From positions 2,599-66,598 of the forward strand of contig CAWAAO010000007.1 in NCBI GenBank assembly GCA_963780015.1: a stretch of DNA of 64,000 bases, in the 5' to 3' direction. Source of the stretch: an uncultured Actinomycetes bacterium. Its GTDB lineage: Bacteria; Actinomycetota; UBA4738; HRBIN12. This document shows, one piece after another, positions 39,749-49,541 of this stretch (positions are counted from its first letter, which is position 1; every line of letters starts with the position of its first letter). Under the pieces are notes generated by a model that was given only the letters and a program-made list of their open reading frames with translations, had not been told where the DNA came from and searched no databases. The position numbers and the translations under genes were made by a program.

Positions 39749-40195
39749 ATGGCGATCGCGCCCGGCGCTCCCGCACCACCCGTCGACGGCATCACGAACG
39801 ACGGGCCACGTGCGCTCGTGTTCTTCAAGGTGACGTGCTCGACAACGCATCTGGCCACCCCGGCGATCGAGCGACTCGCCCGCGCGTACCCCGGGATCGT
39901 CTTCGGCGTCGGGCAGGACGACCGCGCGGCGCTGGACGCGTTCGCCGAGACCTTCGGGTTGTCGATGCCGCTCGTGAGCGACCCGGCGCCCTATGTCGCC
40001 TCGGACGCCTACGGGATCGAGTCCGCCCCGACCGCCGTCGCGATCGGGGCCGACGGCGGTGTGCTCGATGTCGCGCAGTCGTGGGACCGGGAGGCCTGGA
40101 ACCGGCTCTCCGCCGCGCTCGCCGCCGCGGCCGGCGCCCCCGCCGCGGTCGTGTCGGAGCCGGACGACGGGTTGCCGGATTTCAAACCCGGCTGA
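39749..40195 (+). CDS. Thioredoxin-fold (TlpA/redoxin-like) protein with a degenerate active site C-S-T-T
   Basis: ATG 39749 lies within ORF 39695..40195. The pattern is LVFFKVTCSTTHLATPAIE .. FGLSMPLVSD .. YGIESAPTAVAIGADG. The second Cys of the usual CxxC is absent. Confidence 0.6.
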   Translation: MAIAPGAPAPPVDGITNDGPRALVFFKVTCSTTHLATPAIERLARAYPGIVFGVGQDDRAALDAFAETFGLSMPLVSDPAPYVASDAYGIESAPTAVAIGADGGVLDVAQSWDREAWNRLSAALAAAAGAPAAVVSEPDDGLPDFKPG

Positions 40196-40209
40196 ACCAC
40201 GCGCAACGT

Positions 40210-40226
40210 CCGCTCGGTCTGAGCGG
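40210..40226 (+). terminator. Short hairpin after the thioredoxin-like gene
   Basis: CCGCTC-GGTCT-GAGCGG, starting 15 nt after the stop at 40195. Confidence 0.25.
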
Positions 40227-40280
40227 GCAGCCCTCGCTCGGGAACGATAGGTTTCGGCCGTTCGAGACGAGGAGGCTCCG

Positions 40281-41583
40281 ATGACCGATGGCAAGACGAT
40301 CGCGTTCTTCCCCGAGCCCGGGGCGTGGGGCCCGACGAACAATTGCGTCGCGATCGCCAACGTGTTGCAGGAGCGCGGCCATCGGATCGTGTTCGTCGTC
40401 GACGAGTCGTTCCGGGGCGTCCTCGAGGCAAAGGGGTTCGAGGAGCGGCTGATGCGGATGGCGCCGCCCGAGGAGAACGCCGATCCCGACGCGGACCCGT
40501 GGGCGGAGTTCATCCGGGTCACCGCGCCGGAGTTCGCGAAGCCCACGATCGAGCAGATCGAGACCGTGACGAAGCCGATCTGGGCGGCCCTGGTGGCCGG
40601 CGAGCGATACAGCCACGACACGATCATGGGCATCTGGGACGAGGTGCGCCCCGACGTGGTCGTGACCGACAACGTGACGGGGTATCCCGCGATCGAGCTG
40701 GCCGGCGCGCCGTGGGTGCGGTTCGTGTCGGCGAACCCGCTGGAGATGCGCGACGAGCTGCTGCCGCCGGTCCTGTCGGGCCTGCCGGTGGCGGACCGCA
40801 GCCAGTGGCAGCCCTTCCGCGAGGAGTACCACCGTCAACATGCGGAGCTGCTCGCCGAGCACAACGACTTCCGCACCTCGGTGGGCGTGGCGCCCTGCCC
40901 CGTGGACGAGTTCAACACGCACTCGCCGTGGCTGAACCTCTACCTGTTCCCCGAGGCCGCGGACTACGCGAGGGCCGAACCGCTGGACCCGACGTGGCAC
41001 CGGCTGCAGTCGACGGTCCGCACCGGGGAGGCGGCCTTCGACGTCGCGGAGATGGTGCCGGGCGACGGCAAGGTCGTGTACCTGTCCCTCGGCTCGCTGG
41101 GGTGCATGGACGTGGGGTTGATGCAGCGGCTGATCGACGCGATGGCCTCGACCGGGCACCGCACGATCGTGTCGATGGGACCGCTGAAGGATCAGATGAC
41201 GCTCGGGCCGCACATGTACGGGGACGAGTTCCTGCCGCAGCCCTCGATCCTGCCGCAGTGCGATCTCCTCATCACGCACGGCGGCAACAACACCACCTGC
41301 GAGGGGTTCCACTTCGGGCTGCCGATGATCGGGCTGCCGCTGTTCTGGGATCAGTACGACAACGCGCAGCGGCTGGACGAGACCGGGTTCGGTGTGCGGC
41401 TGCCGACCTATGACTGGGAGCCGGCGCAGCTCACGGGTGCCGTCGACCGGCTGCTCGGCGACGAGGGCCTCGCCGAGCGGATGCGGCGGATCGCCGCCGA
41501 CGTGCGGGCCGATCCGGGGCCACGTCCGAGGGGCGGGCCTGATCGAGCAGGTCGCGATGACGAAGGACCCGGTCACGCGCTAG
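40281..41583 (+). CDS. GT1-family (MGT/UDP-glycosyltransferase-like) glycosyltransferase; frame break at GGGG 41516-41519
   Basis: ORF 40281..41609 carries the signature ITHGGNNTTCEGFHFGLPMIGLPLFWDQYDNAQR. Removing one G gives ..VRADPGHVRGAGLIEQVAMTKDPVTR and a TAG at 41581-41583 (the frame of ORF 41392..41583). Confidence 0.85.
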
Positions 41584-42109
41584 GCGTGCCGCGTCGGCCG
41601 AGGCGTTGAGGCGGTAGAGACCGAGCATGCTGCCTCGAGCTCCACCTCCTTCTCCCAGCGCATGCCCACCTTGCGGGCGACGTTGATCGACGCGGCGTTG
41701 TCCGGGTAGATCAACGACACGAGGTCCGGCCGGATCCGACGCCGTAGTCGCGGATCGCGAGCGCGGCCTCGGTGGCGAACCCCTTTCCCCAGGCGTCGCG
41801 GGCGAGCAGGTAGGCGACCTCGAGCTCTTCGCGGCCGCCGATCGCCGGCCACAGGATCAGGCCGCAGACGCCGATCATGCGGCCACTCGCGCGCTCGACC
41901 GTCGCCCACTGTCCCCAGCCGCGCTCGAGGTAGTGGCGCTGCTGGCGCTCGATCATGCCGGCCGCGACATCGCGACCGAGCACGCCGCCGGCGCCGATCC
42001 AGCGCATGACCTCCTCGTCGGCGAACATCGCGGCCAGGGCGTCGAGATCGTCCGGCTCGAGGTCGCGGAGCAGCAGGCGTTCGGTCTGCAGCGGCATCGC
42101 GCGCAGCAT
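41580..42109 (-). CDS. GNAT N-acetyltransferase (RimJ/RimL-like); frame break near 41730
   Basis: ATG 42109 follows GGGAAG and begins MLRAMPLQTERLLLRDLEPDDLDAL, with ARDAWGKGFATEAALA in ORF 41711..42292. It continues DLVSLIYPDNAASINVARKVGM in ORF 41580..42719. The 3' end is uncertain. Confidence 0.75.
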
Positions 42110-42137
42110 AGGCGGCTTCCCTGTCACACTGCCCGCC

Positions 42138-42989
42138 GTGAGCACGACCACGGAGCGGTCGCCGGTCGAGGTTCCCGAGGGGTGGCTGGTCGAGGACCGG
42201 GCGCGGTTCGGGCCGTTCGTGACGCGCGAGGCGTATCGGTTGACCGACGGCACGCGTCGCGAGTGGTCCTCGCGCCGCCACCGCAAAGCCAACGAGACGC
42301 TGCGACCCGGCTCCCCGTGGTGGCAGCCGCGCGCGATCGGGTGGTGGATCGCGCTGCTCTTCGCGATCGGTTCGTTCCTGTTCGCGATCGGCGTGGTGCC
42401 CGCCTATGCGAGCGCGGTCGGCGCCGGCCGCCGACGCGATGACGTTCTTCGCCGGGTCGATCTTCTTCACGAGCGCGGGGTACCTCCAGTTCTTCCAGGC
42501 GATCAACGCGCCGACCGATGTGGCGGGCGGCGCTCGCGGCCGCCGGCGGTGGATCGCGTGGCAGCCGGCGCGGATCGACTGGTGGGCGTGTGGCGTCCAG
42601 TCGATCGGCACCGTGTTCTTCAACGTCAGCACGTTCGCGGCGACGCGAAGCGCCCTGGACGCGGCGCAGGCGCACGAGCATATCTGGCGACCGGACATGC
42701 TCGGGTCGATCGCGTTCATGGTCGCGAGCTCGCTGGCGTGGTTCGAGGTCTGCCACGGGTGGTGGGCCGTGCGGCCGCGCAGCGTCTCGTGGTGGATCGT
42801 CGCGATGAACCTCGGTGGGCTCGATCGCCTTCCTGCTCTCGGCGTTCGCCGCCTACATCAACCCCGAGACCGGCGAGATCGCGAACATCCCCGTGGCCAA
42901 CCTCGGCACGTTCATCGGGGCGGTTGGGTTCTTCGTCGGCGCGTTGCTGCTGGTCCCGGAGATGCGGGACGCCCCGCCTGCCTTCGTGA
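42138..42989 (+). CDS. Integral membrane protein with YrhK-like repeats; three frame breaks
   Basis: GTG 42138. Segments in ORFs 41955.., 42406.. and 42815.. step through frames 0, 1 and 2. A further extra C in CCCC (~42971) would return to frame 0 and the TGA at 42987-42989. Confidence 0.55.
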   Translation: MSTTTERSPVEVPEGWLVEDRARFGPFVTREAYRLTDGTRREWSSRRHRKANETLRPGSPWWQPRAIGWWIALLFAIGSFLFAIGVVPAYASAVGAGRRRDDVLRRVDLLHERGVPPVLPGDQRADRCGGRRSRPPAVDRVAAGADRLVGVWRPVDRHRVLQRQHVRGDAKRPGRGAGARAYLATGHARVDRVHGRELAGVVRGLPRVVGRAAAQRLVVDRRDEPRWARSPSCSRRSPPTSTPRPARSRTSPWPTSARSSGRLGSSSARCCWSRRCGTPRLPS

Positions 42990-44152
42990 GCTCCTGGTCG
43001 AGCGGGGTCCGGAACCGGGGGATGATCCGCACCTCGCCCAGCCACGCGGCGAGGCGCTGCGCATCACGCTCGAGGCGCGCGTTCGTCGGGCGGTCGACAC
43101 GCTCGAGCAGCTTGGTCGCGATCGTGCCGTCCGTCCGCTGGACCCAGCCGCCGATCACACGGCCGTCGGCCCAGATCGTCGGGCCGGCGTTGCCGTTGCG
43201 GTCGAACAGCGCCGCCCCGTGGTCGCCGAGGTACCAGTCCCGCTCCTTCCACCCCATGACGGTCGGATCCAGACTGGGGAGGAACGCCACCCACGGCTTG
43301 GGCGCGGGCCGCGGTTCGCTGTCGTCGGCCAGCACGAAGCCGGTGGCGTCCCCGTCGAGGCGGACCTCGGCCACGTCCAGGTCCCCGAGCGCGGCGGTGG
43401 CCTGGCGCGCCGTCCAGCCGGTCCACCAGCGGATGTCCGTGGCCGTCGCCGGTCCGAAGGCGCGGAGCCACCGCCGGAGGAGCTCGGCGGCGGCCGCGCC
43501 GTGATCCCACGTGGTCAGCGGCGCCCCGAGCCACGTGTCGGTCGGCGCCCACCGGTACTGGCTCGAGATCCAGGTTCCGCGCGGGCGTCCACGCAGGACG
43601 CGACCGTCGGTCGCCAGGAGGAACAACACGCGCGTGGAGACGCCGACCTCCGCGGCCCACGTCTTGCCCTCGCCGAAGGAGAGCTTCTTCGCGAGCTGCG
43701 GCACCGCCCGGGAGAGCTCGGCTGCGGTGGCCTCGCCCCGCTCGTGGAGCGCCGCCAGCGTGGCTGTTCTCGACGCGGCGCAGCCAGCGGGCGCCGTCGC
43801 GCGTGACGCCCTGGTCCTCGAGCATCCCGATCAGCCGCCGCCGCTCGCCGGCCGCGAGCGCCTTCGTGCACGCCTCGTCCATGATCGCGGCGACCTCGAC
43901 CGGCACGACGAACATCGTGCGGCGCATCCCGAGCATGCGCACGAGCGAGCGCCGCTCGTAGAGCGCGTCCTCGAGATCGGTGTGCACGAAGTCGCGAACG
44001 CGCGCGCGGGCCGCCAGATACACCGTGGCCGGGTCGCTGGCGTGCAGTCCGACCATCGACCCGGCCGCATCGTCCACCGTGTCGAAGGGCCGTGCCAGCC
44101 CGTGGCGGATCGCGAGACGGGCGCGCCGCTGGTCGACATCGATCGTCTGCAT
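42853..44152 (-). CDS. AlkZ/YcaQ-family winged-helix protein (DNA glycosylase-like); one frame break near 43750; 3' end uncertain
   Basis: ORF 43064..44152 begins MQTIDVDQRRARLAIRHGL .. GLHASDPATVYL and continues in ORF 42853..43704 (TWISSQYRW, FLPSLDPTVMGWKERDWYLG, GPTIWADGRVIGGW). The last ~40 codons overlap the convergent membrane-protein gene and may not be real. Confidence 0.75.
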
Positions 44153-44198
44153 GGCGGCACGCTAGCGCGCCCGGCGGACGCGCGTAGGCTGCCGGGCC

Positions 44199-45580
44199 AT
44201 GGACGCGCTCTGGCGGCGATCGGCGGTCGAGCTCGCGCGGTCGCTCCGCGCCCGGGAGGTGTCCGCCCGCGAGGTCCTCGACGCCCACCTCGCGCGCATC
44301 GCCGAGACCAATCCGGCGATCAACGCGATCGTGACGCTCGAACCCGAACGCGCGCTGGCACAGGCCGGCGCCGCGGACGAGGCGCTGGCGCGCGGGGAGC
44401 CCGTGGGCCCCCTGCATGGGCTGCCGATCGCGCACAAGGACCTCGCCGACACCGCGGGTGTCCGCACGACGTACGGGTCGCCGATCTACGCAGACCACGT
44501 CCCCGAGCGCGACGAGCCGTTCGTGGTCCGGGTCCGCGAGGCCGGCGCCGTCATGCTCGGCAAGACGAACACGCCGGAGTTCGGGGCCGGCTCGCACACG
44601 TTCAACCCGGTCTTCGGCCCGACCCGCAACCCCCACGATCTGTCCAAGAGCGCGGGAGGCTCCTCGGGCGGTGCCGCCGCGGCGCTGGCCAGCGGGATGG
44701 TGCCGATCGCCGACGGCAGCGATCTCGGCGGGTCGTTGCGGAACCCCGCGAGCTTCTGCGGCGTGGTCGGATTCCGGCCCTCGGTCGGGCTCGTTCCCTC
44801 GTGGCCCGACGCCGATCCGGAGGATCTGTCCGTGGACGGGCCGATGGCGCGCACCGTGGAGGACGCGGCCCTGCTCCTGTCGGTGATGGCGGATCGGCCC
44901 GACCTGGCGGTGGTCGCGTCGCAGGCGGCGGACCTCGACGGGCTGCGCGTCGCCTGGGCGCCCGCCTGCGCCGCCACGATGCCCATCGATCCCGAGATCG
45001 TCGCGGTGGTCGATGCGGCTCGGCCTCGATTCGAGGCGTCTCGGGTGCCGGGTCGAGGAGGCGTACCCGGACCTCGACGGGCGCACGCGAGGTCTTCTTC
45101 ACCCTGCGGGCACAGAGTTTCGCGACCGAGTACGGGCCGCTGCTCGCACAGCACCGCAGCCGGATCAAGGACACGGTGATCTGGAACATCGAGCTCGGCC
45201 TCGCGCTGACCGACGACGACGTGGCGCGTGCGCACGCGTTGGCTGCGGACATCCGCCGCCGCGCCGCCGCGTTCTTCGAGACCTTCGACGTCCTCGTCCA
45301 GCCGGTCACGCAGGTCGCCCCCTTCCCGATCGAGATCGAGTACCCCACCGAGGTCGCGGGGGTGGCCATGGCGACCTACATCGACTGGATGGAGTCGTGC
45401 TGGAGCATCACGGTCCTCGGGGGCCCCGCGATCTCCGTGCCGTGCGGGCGCACGGCGACGGGACTGCCGGTCGGCCTGCAGATCGTCGGGCGGCGCGGCG
45501 ACGATGCCGCCGTGCTCCGGCTGGCGCGGGCGTTCGAGCAGACCGGACCGCCCGCCACGATCGCGCCGTTCGCCGGATAG
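44199..45580 (+). CDS. Amidase-signature family amidase (GatA-like); two frame breaks near 45035 and 45085
   Basis: ORF 44199..45179 carries GKTNTPEFG and GGSSGGAAAALASGMVPIADGSDLGGSLRNPASFCG. The sequence passes through ORF 45013.. (LGCRVEEAYPDLDG) into the frame of ORF 43511..45580 (..GLPVGLQIVGRRGDDAAVLRLARAFE). The frames step 0, 1, 2. Confidence 0.85.
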
Positions 45581-45614
45581 ACGTGCCGGCCCTATCCTGC
45601 GCACGGGAGGGGCG

Positions 45615-46262
45615 ATGTCCGAGGGGTTCGAGCGTCGGCGGGTCGACGCGGTGGCGATCGTGGCGGGCGGGCTCGTCTTCGCCGCCTGCGCGGCGCTCGC
45701 ACGCAACGGGCGCGTCGGGGGAGTGGAGCGCGCGGTCTTCGAGGCGATCAACGGGGTCACCGCGCCGCTCGAGCAGGTGGGCAACGCCGTCCAGTACCTC
45801 GGCACCCTCGCGATCGGGCCGCTCGTCGTCGTCGTGGCGCTCGTGCTGCGTCGGTGGCGCCTGGCCGCGGCGGCCGCGCTGGTCACCGTGCTGAAGCTCC
45901 TGATGGAGCGTGGCGTCTGGAAGCTCGTGTTTCGGGAACGACCCGCCATCACCGAGCCCAACGCCATCGTCCGCGGATCGACGGCGACGACCGGCGCCTC
46001 GTTCGTATCCGGCCACGTGATCCTGTCGACCGGGCTGGCGTGGGCGATCACGCCCTACCTCCGGGGGTGGTGGCGCCTGGCGCCGTGGGCGGTCGTCGGT
46101 CTGATCGCGTTCGCTCGGATCTACCTCGGCGCCCACAACCCGCTCGATGTCGTCGGCGGTCTGGCGCTCGGGTTCGTGGCGGGCGGGGTTGCGAATCTGA
46201 TCGTCGGCGTGCCGGTGCGCGAGATGGCCGAGCCGGTGCCGTCGCCTATCGTTCGGGGATGA
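45615..46262 (+). CDS. PAP2-family phosphatase (membrane)
   Basis: ATG 45615 follows GGGAGGGG and lies within ORF 45228..46262. Motifs: SFVSGH and ARIYLGAHNPLDVVGG. Confidence 0.8.
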   Translation: MSEGFERRRVDAVAIVAGGLVFAACAALARNGRVGGVERAVFEAINGVTAPLEQVGNAVQYLGTLAIGPLVVVVALVLRRWRLAAAAALVTVLKLLMERGVWKLVFRERPAITEPNAIVRGSTATTGASFVSGHVILSTGLAWAITPYLRGWWRLAPWAVVGLIAFARIYLGAHNPLDVVGGLALGFVAGGVANLIVGVPVREMAEPVPSPIVRG

Positions 46263-46690
46263 GGGTCAACGGTCCGCTGCGGGTGACACGCACCGTCCTG
46301 ATCCCCGAACGGGAGTTGCGGTGGCGGTTCAGCCGCTCCTCAGGGCCGGGGGGCCAATCGGTCAACACCGCGGATTCGCGCGTCGAGCTGAGCCTCGACG
46401 TCGCGCGCACGAGTGCGCTCGGTCCGGTGCAGCGCGCCCGGGCCCTCGAGCGCCTGCGGGGCCGGTTGGTCGACGGGGTGCTCACCGTGCGGTCGTCGGC
46501 GCAGCGCTCCCAGTTGCAGAACCGCGAGGCCGCTCGCGAGCGCCTGGCCGCCGTCCTCGCGAAGGCGATCGCGCCGCCACCGCCAGCTCGGCGCCCCTCG
46601 AAGCCCAGCAAGTCTGCGATCGAGCGCCGGATCGCCGACAAGAAGCGTCGCGGCCAGACGAAGCGCCTGCGTCGCGCCGACGAGGACTAG
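46259..46690 (+). CDS. arfB: Alternative ribosome-rescue factor ArfB (peptidyl-tRNA hydrolase with GGQ motif)
   Basis: ATG 46259 overlaps the PAP2 stop (ATGA). The GGQ motif reads SSGPGGQSVNTADSRVEL, and the C-terminal tail is Lys/Arg-rich. Confidence 0.85.
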   Translation: MRVNGPLRVTRTVLIPERELRWRFSRSSGPGGQSVNTADSRVELSLDVARTSALGPVQRARALERLRGRLVDGVLTVRSSAQRSQLQNREAARERLAAVLAKAIAPPPPARRPSKPSKSAIERRIADKKRRGQTKRLRRADED

Positions 46691-46694
46691 GGCG

Positions 46695-47228
46695 TCATTC
46701 CGGGGTCTCGAGGACCTGTTCCAGAACCCGTGCCGTGTCGGCCGCCCAGGCCTGCGCGCGGTCTTCCTCGCCGGCGACGAGCTCGTTGTCTTTCGTCACG
46801 AAGAAGCTCTCCGGCTCCGCCGCGATCTGGAACCCGCGGTCCTCCAGCCGGTTCGTGATGTGCTTGGCCGCGCTGCCGGTGAACAGCGCCGGTCCGTGCA
46901 CCCGGGTGTCGAAGGCCGCCGCCGGTCGCGCCGCGCCCTCGGGGATGTCGTGCAGCCACTCGCGGAGACCGGGTTCGGGCGCGGGGTCCTCGAAGGTGTT
47001 CTCGTCGTCACTCCGCGCGGTGTCTCGCGTGGCCTCGTGGCTCAGCCCGTGCGCGTGCGTCGGACCACCGACCATGAGCAGATCCGCGTCGACCACCTGT
47101 TCGACCGCCAAGCGGTTGAACGGCACGACGGTGGTCTCCATGCCGGCGTCGACCAGTCCCCGGCCGATCGCCTCGGCGATCTTGGCCGTGTTGCCGTACA
47201 TCGATTCGTACACCACGAACGCCCGCAT
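46695..47228 (-). CDS. Flavodoxin family protein
   Basis: ATG 47228 follows GGAGGG and lies within ORF 46695..47306. The N-terminus reads MRAFVVYESMYGNTAKIAEAI. Confidence 0.75.
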   Translation of the reverse strand: MRAFVVYESMYGNTAKIAEAIGRGLVDAGMETTVVPFNRLAVEQVVDADLLMVGGPTHAHGLSHEATRDTARSDDENTFEDPAPEPGLREWLHDIPEGAARPAAAFDTRVHGPALFTGSAAKHITNRLEDRGFQIAAEPESFFVTKDNELVAGEEDRAQAWAADTARVLEQVLETPE

Positions 47229-47346
47229 GCTGTTCGCCCTCCGATCGTCCGATGTCTCCACGGACTGACCGTACCGCCCCCGGGCCACTCCTGCCATGCG
47301 CCCCACGGCCGCTCGACGCCGTCTGGATTCCGTCCGCGATCGCGTC

Positions 47347-47352
47347 TAGGGT
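47347..47352 (+). promoter_or_regulatory. Candidate -10 element TAGGGT upstream of the membrane-protein gene
   Basis: CTAGGGTTGC lies ~34 nt upstream of the ATG at 47386. The gene has its own GAAGGGAG RBS. Confidence 0.25.
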
Positions 47353-47385
47353 TGCGGCGGCCCGTATCCGTCCGAAGGGAGATGC

Positions 47386-47913
47386 ATGATCGCGTCATCG
47401 CCGTTCTTCCTGGTGTTCCGCTTCATCCACATCATCACTGGCGCCCTGTGGTTCGGGTCGGCGTTCCTGTTCGCTCTGTTCATCGGGCCGGCGGCTGCGA
47501 AAGTCGGGCCGGCGTCGGTGCCGATGATGCACGTCGCGGTCAAGGAGCGCAGGGTTCCGCAGGTCATCACGGGCCTCGCCATCACGTCGGTGACCGTTGG
47601 GTGGATCATGTGGCTCTATCACGCGAACCAATTGGGGCTGAGCAACTGGTGGGACTTCACCGAAGCGAAGGTGCTGTTCCTCGGCGGTCTGCTCGCGACC
47701 GTGGCGATGTTCGAAGGGTGGCACGGGATCGGCAACAACGTCGAGAAGCTCGTCGATCTCGGCGATGCGGTCGCGGCCTCCGGTGCTCCCCCCAGCCCTG
47801 AACAGATGGCGGAGACGCAGCGTCTTGGGGCCGCGATCGAAAGGTCGTCCAAGATCGACCTGCTGCTGTTGTTCCTGGCCGTGGCCTGCATGGCGACCGC
47901 TCGCTACTGGTAG
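47386..47913 (+). CDS. Integral membrane protein (DUF2269/CopD-like topology)
   Basis: 175-aa ORF with four TM helices, beginning FRFIHIITGALWFGSAFLF. The RBS is GAAGGGAG. Confidence 0.55.
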   Translation: MIASSPFFLVFRFIHIITGALWFGSAFLFALFIGPAAAKVGPASVPMMHVAVKERRVPQVITGLAITSVTVGWIMWLYHANQLGLSNWWDFTEAKVLFLGGLLATVAMFEGWHGIGNNVEKLVDLGDAVAASGAPPSPEQMAETQRLGAAIERSSKIDLLLLFLAVACMATARYW

Positions 47914-48115
47914 CCGGGGGAGCGCCGCACCGAGAGCGTGAGGACGCCAGAACCCGGTACACTGCATGGGTTGCGTCGAACGGTTGAGGTTCGACGCCCG
48001 CACGCTTACCCACCGATATCGAGGCCCCTGCCCGATATCCGGCGCACCCGCCTCAGCCACGCGGCACGCGTCGAACGATGACGCTCGCATTCGAGCAGAA
48101 GGCGGTATCCCCACC

Positions 48116-49338
<1,223 letters not shown>

Positions 49339-49342
<4 letters not shown>

Positions 49343-49455
49343 GCCGAGCCGGTCTTCTTGCCCTTCTTGGCGGCCTTCGCGGCGCGCTTCTCTTTGAGGG
49401 ACTTGCTCGCGGCGGTCTTGTTGCTCTTGCTGCCGCCCTTGTCCTTGTTCGCCAT
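49339..49455 (-). CDS. Lysine-rich 38-aa small protein (not in the ORF track)
   Basis: ATG 49455 sits 7 nt after GGAAGGAG. Translation: MANKDKGGSKSNKTAASKSLKEKRAAKAAKKGKKTGSA, then TAG. Its stop overlaps the helicase stop. Confidence 0.55.
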
Positions 49456-49524
49456 GGGTGGGCTCCTTCCGACATCCGGTCGACGTTGAGCGTCCACCCT
49501 ACGCCTTCTCGGGGGTGCGGGGGA

Positions 49525-49538
49525 ACCGGACGTCCGGT
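49525..49538 (-). promoter_or_regulatory. Perfect 14-nt palindrome ACCGGACGTCCGGT (weak terminator or operator)
   Basis: It starts 4 nt downstream of the kinase stop (49542) and lies ~70 nt upstream of the small lysine-rich ORF. Confidence 0.25.
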
Positions 49539-49541
49539 CGT

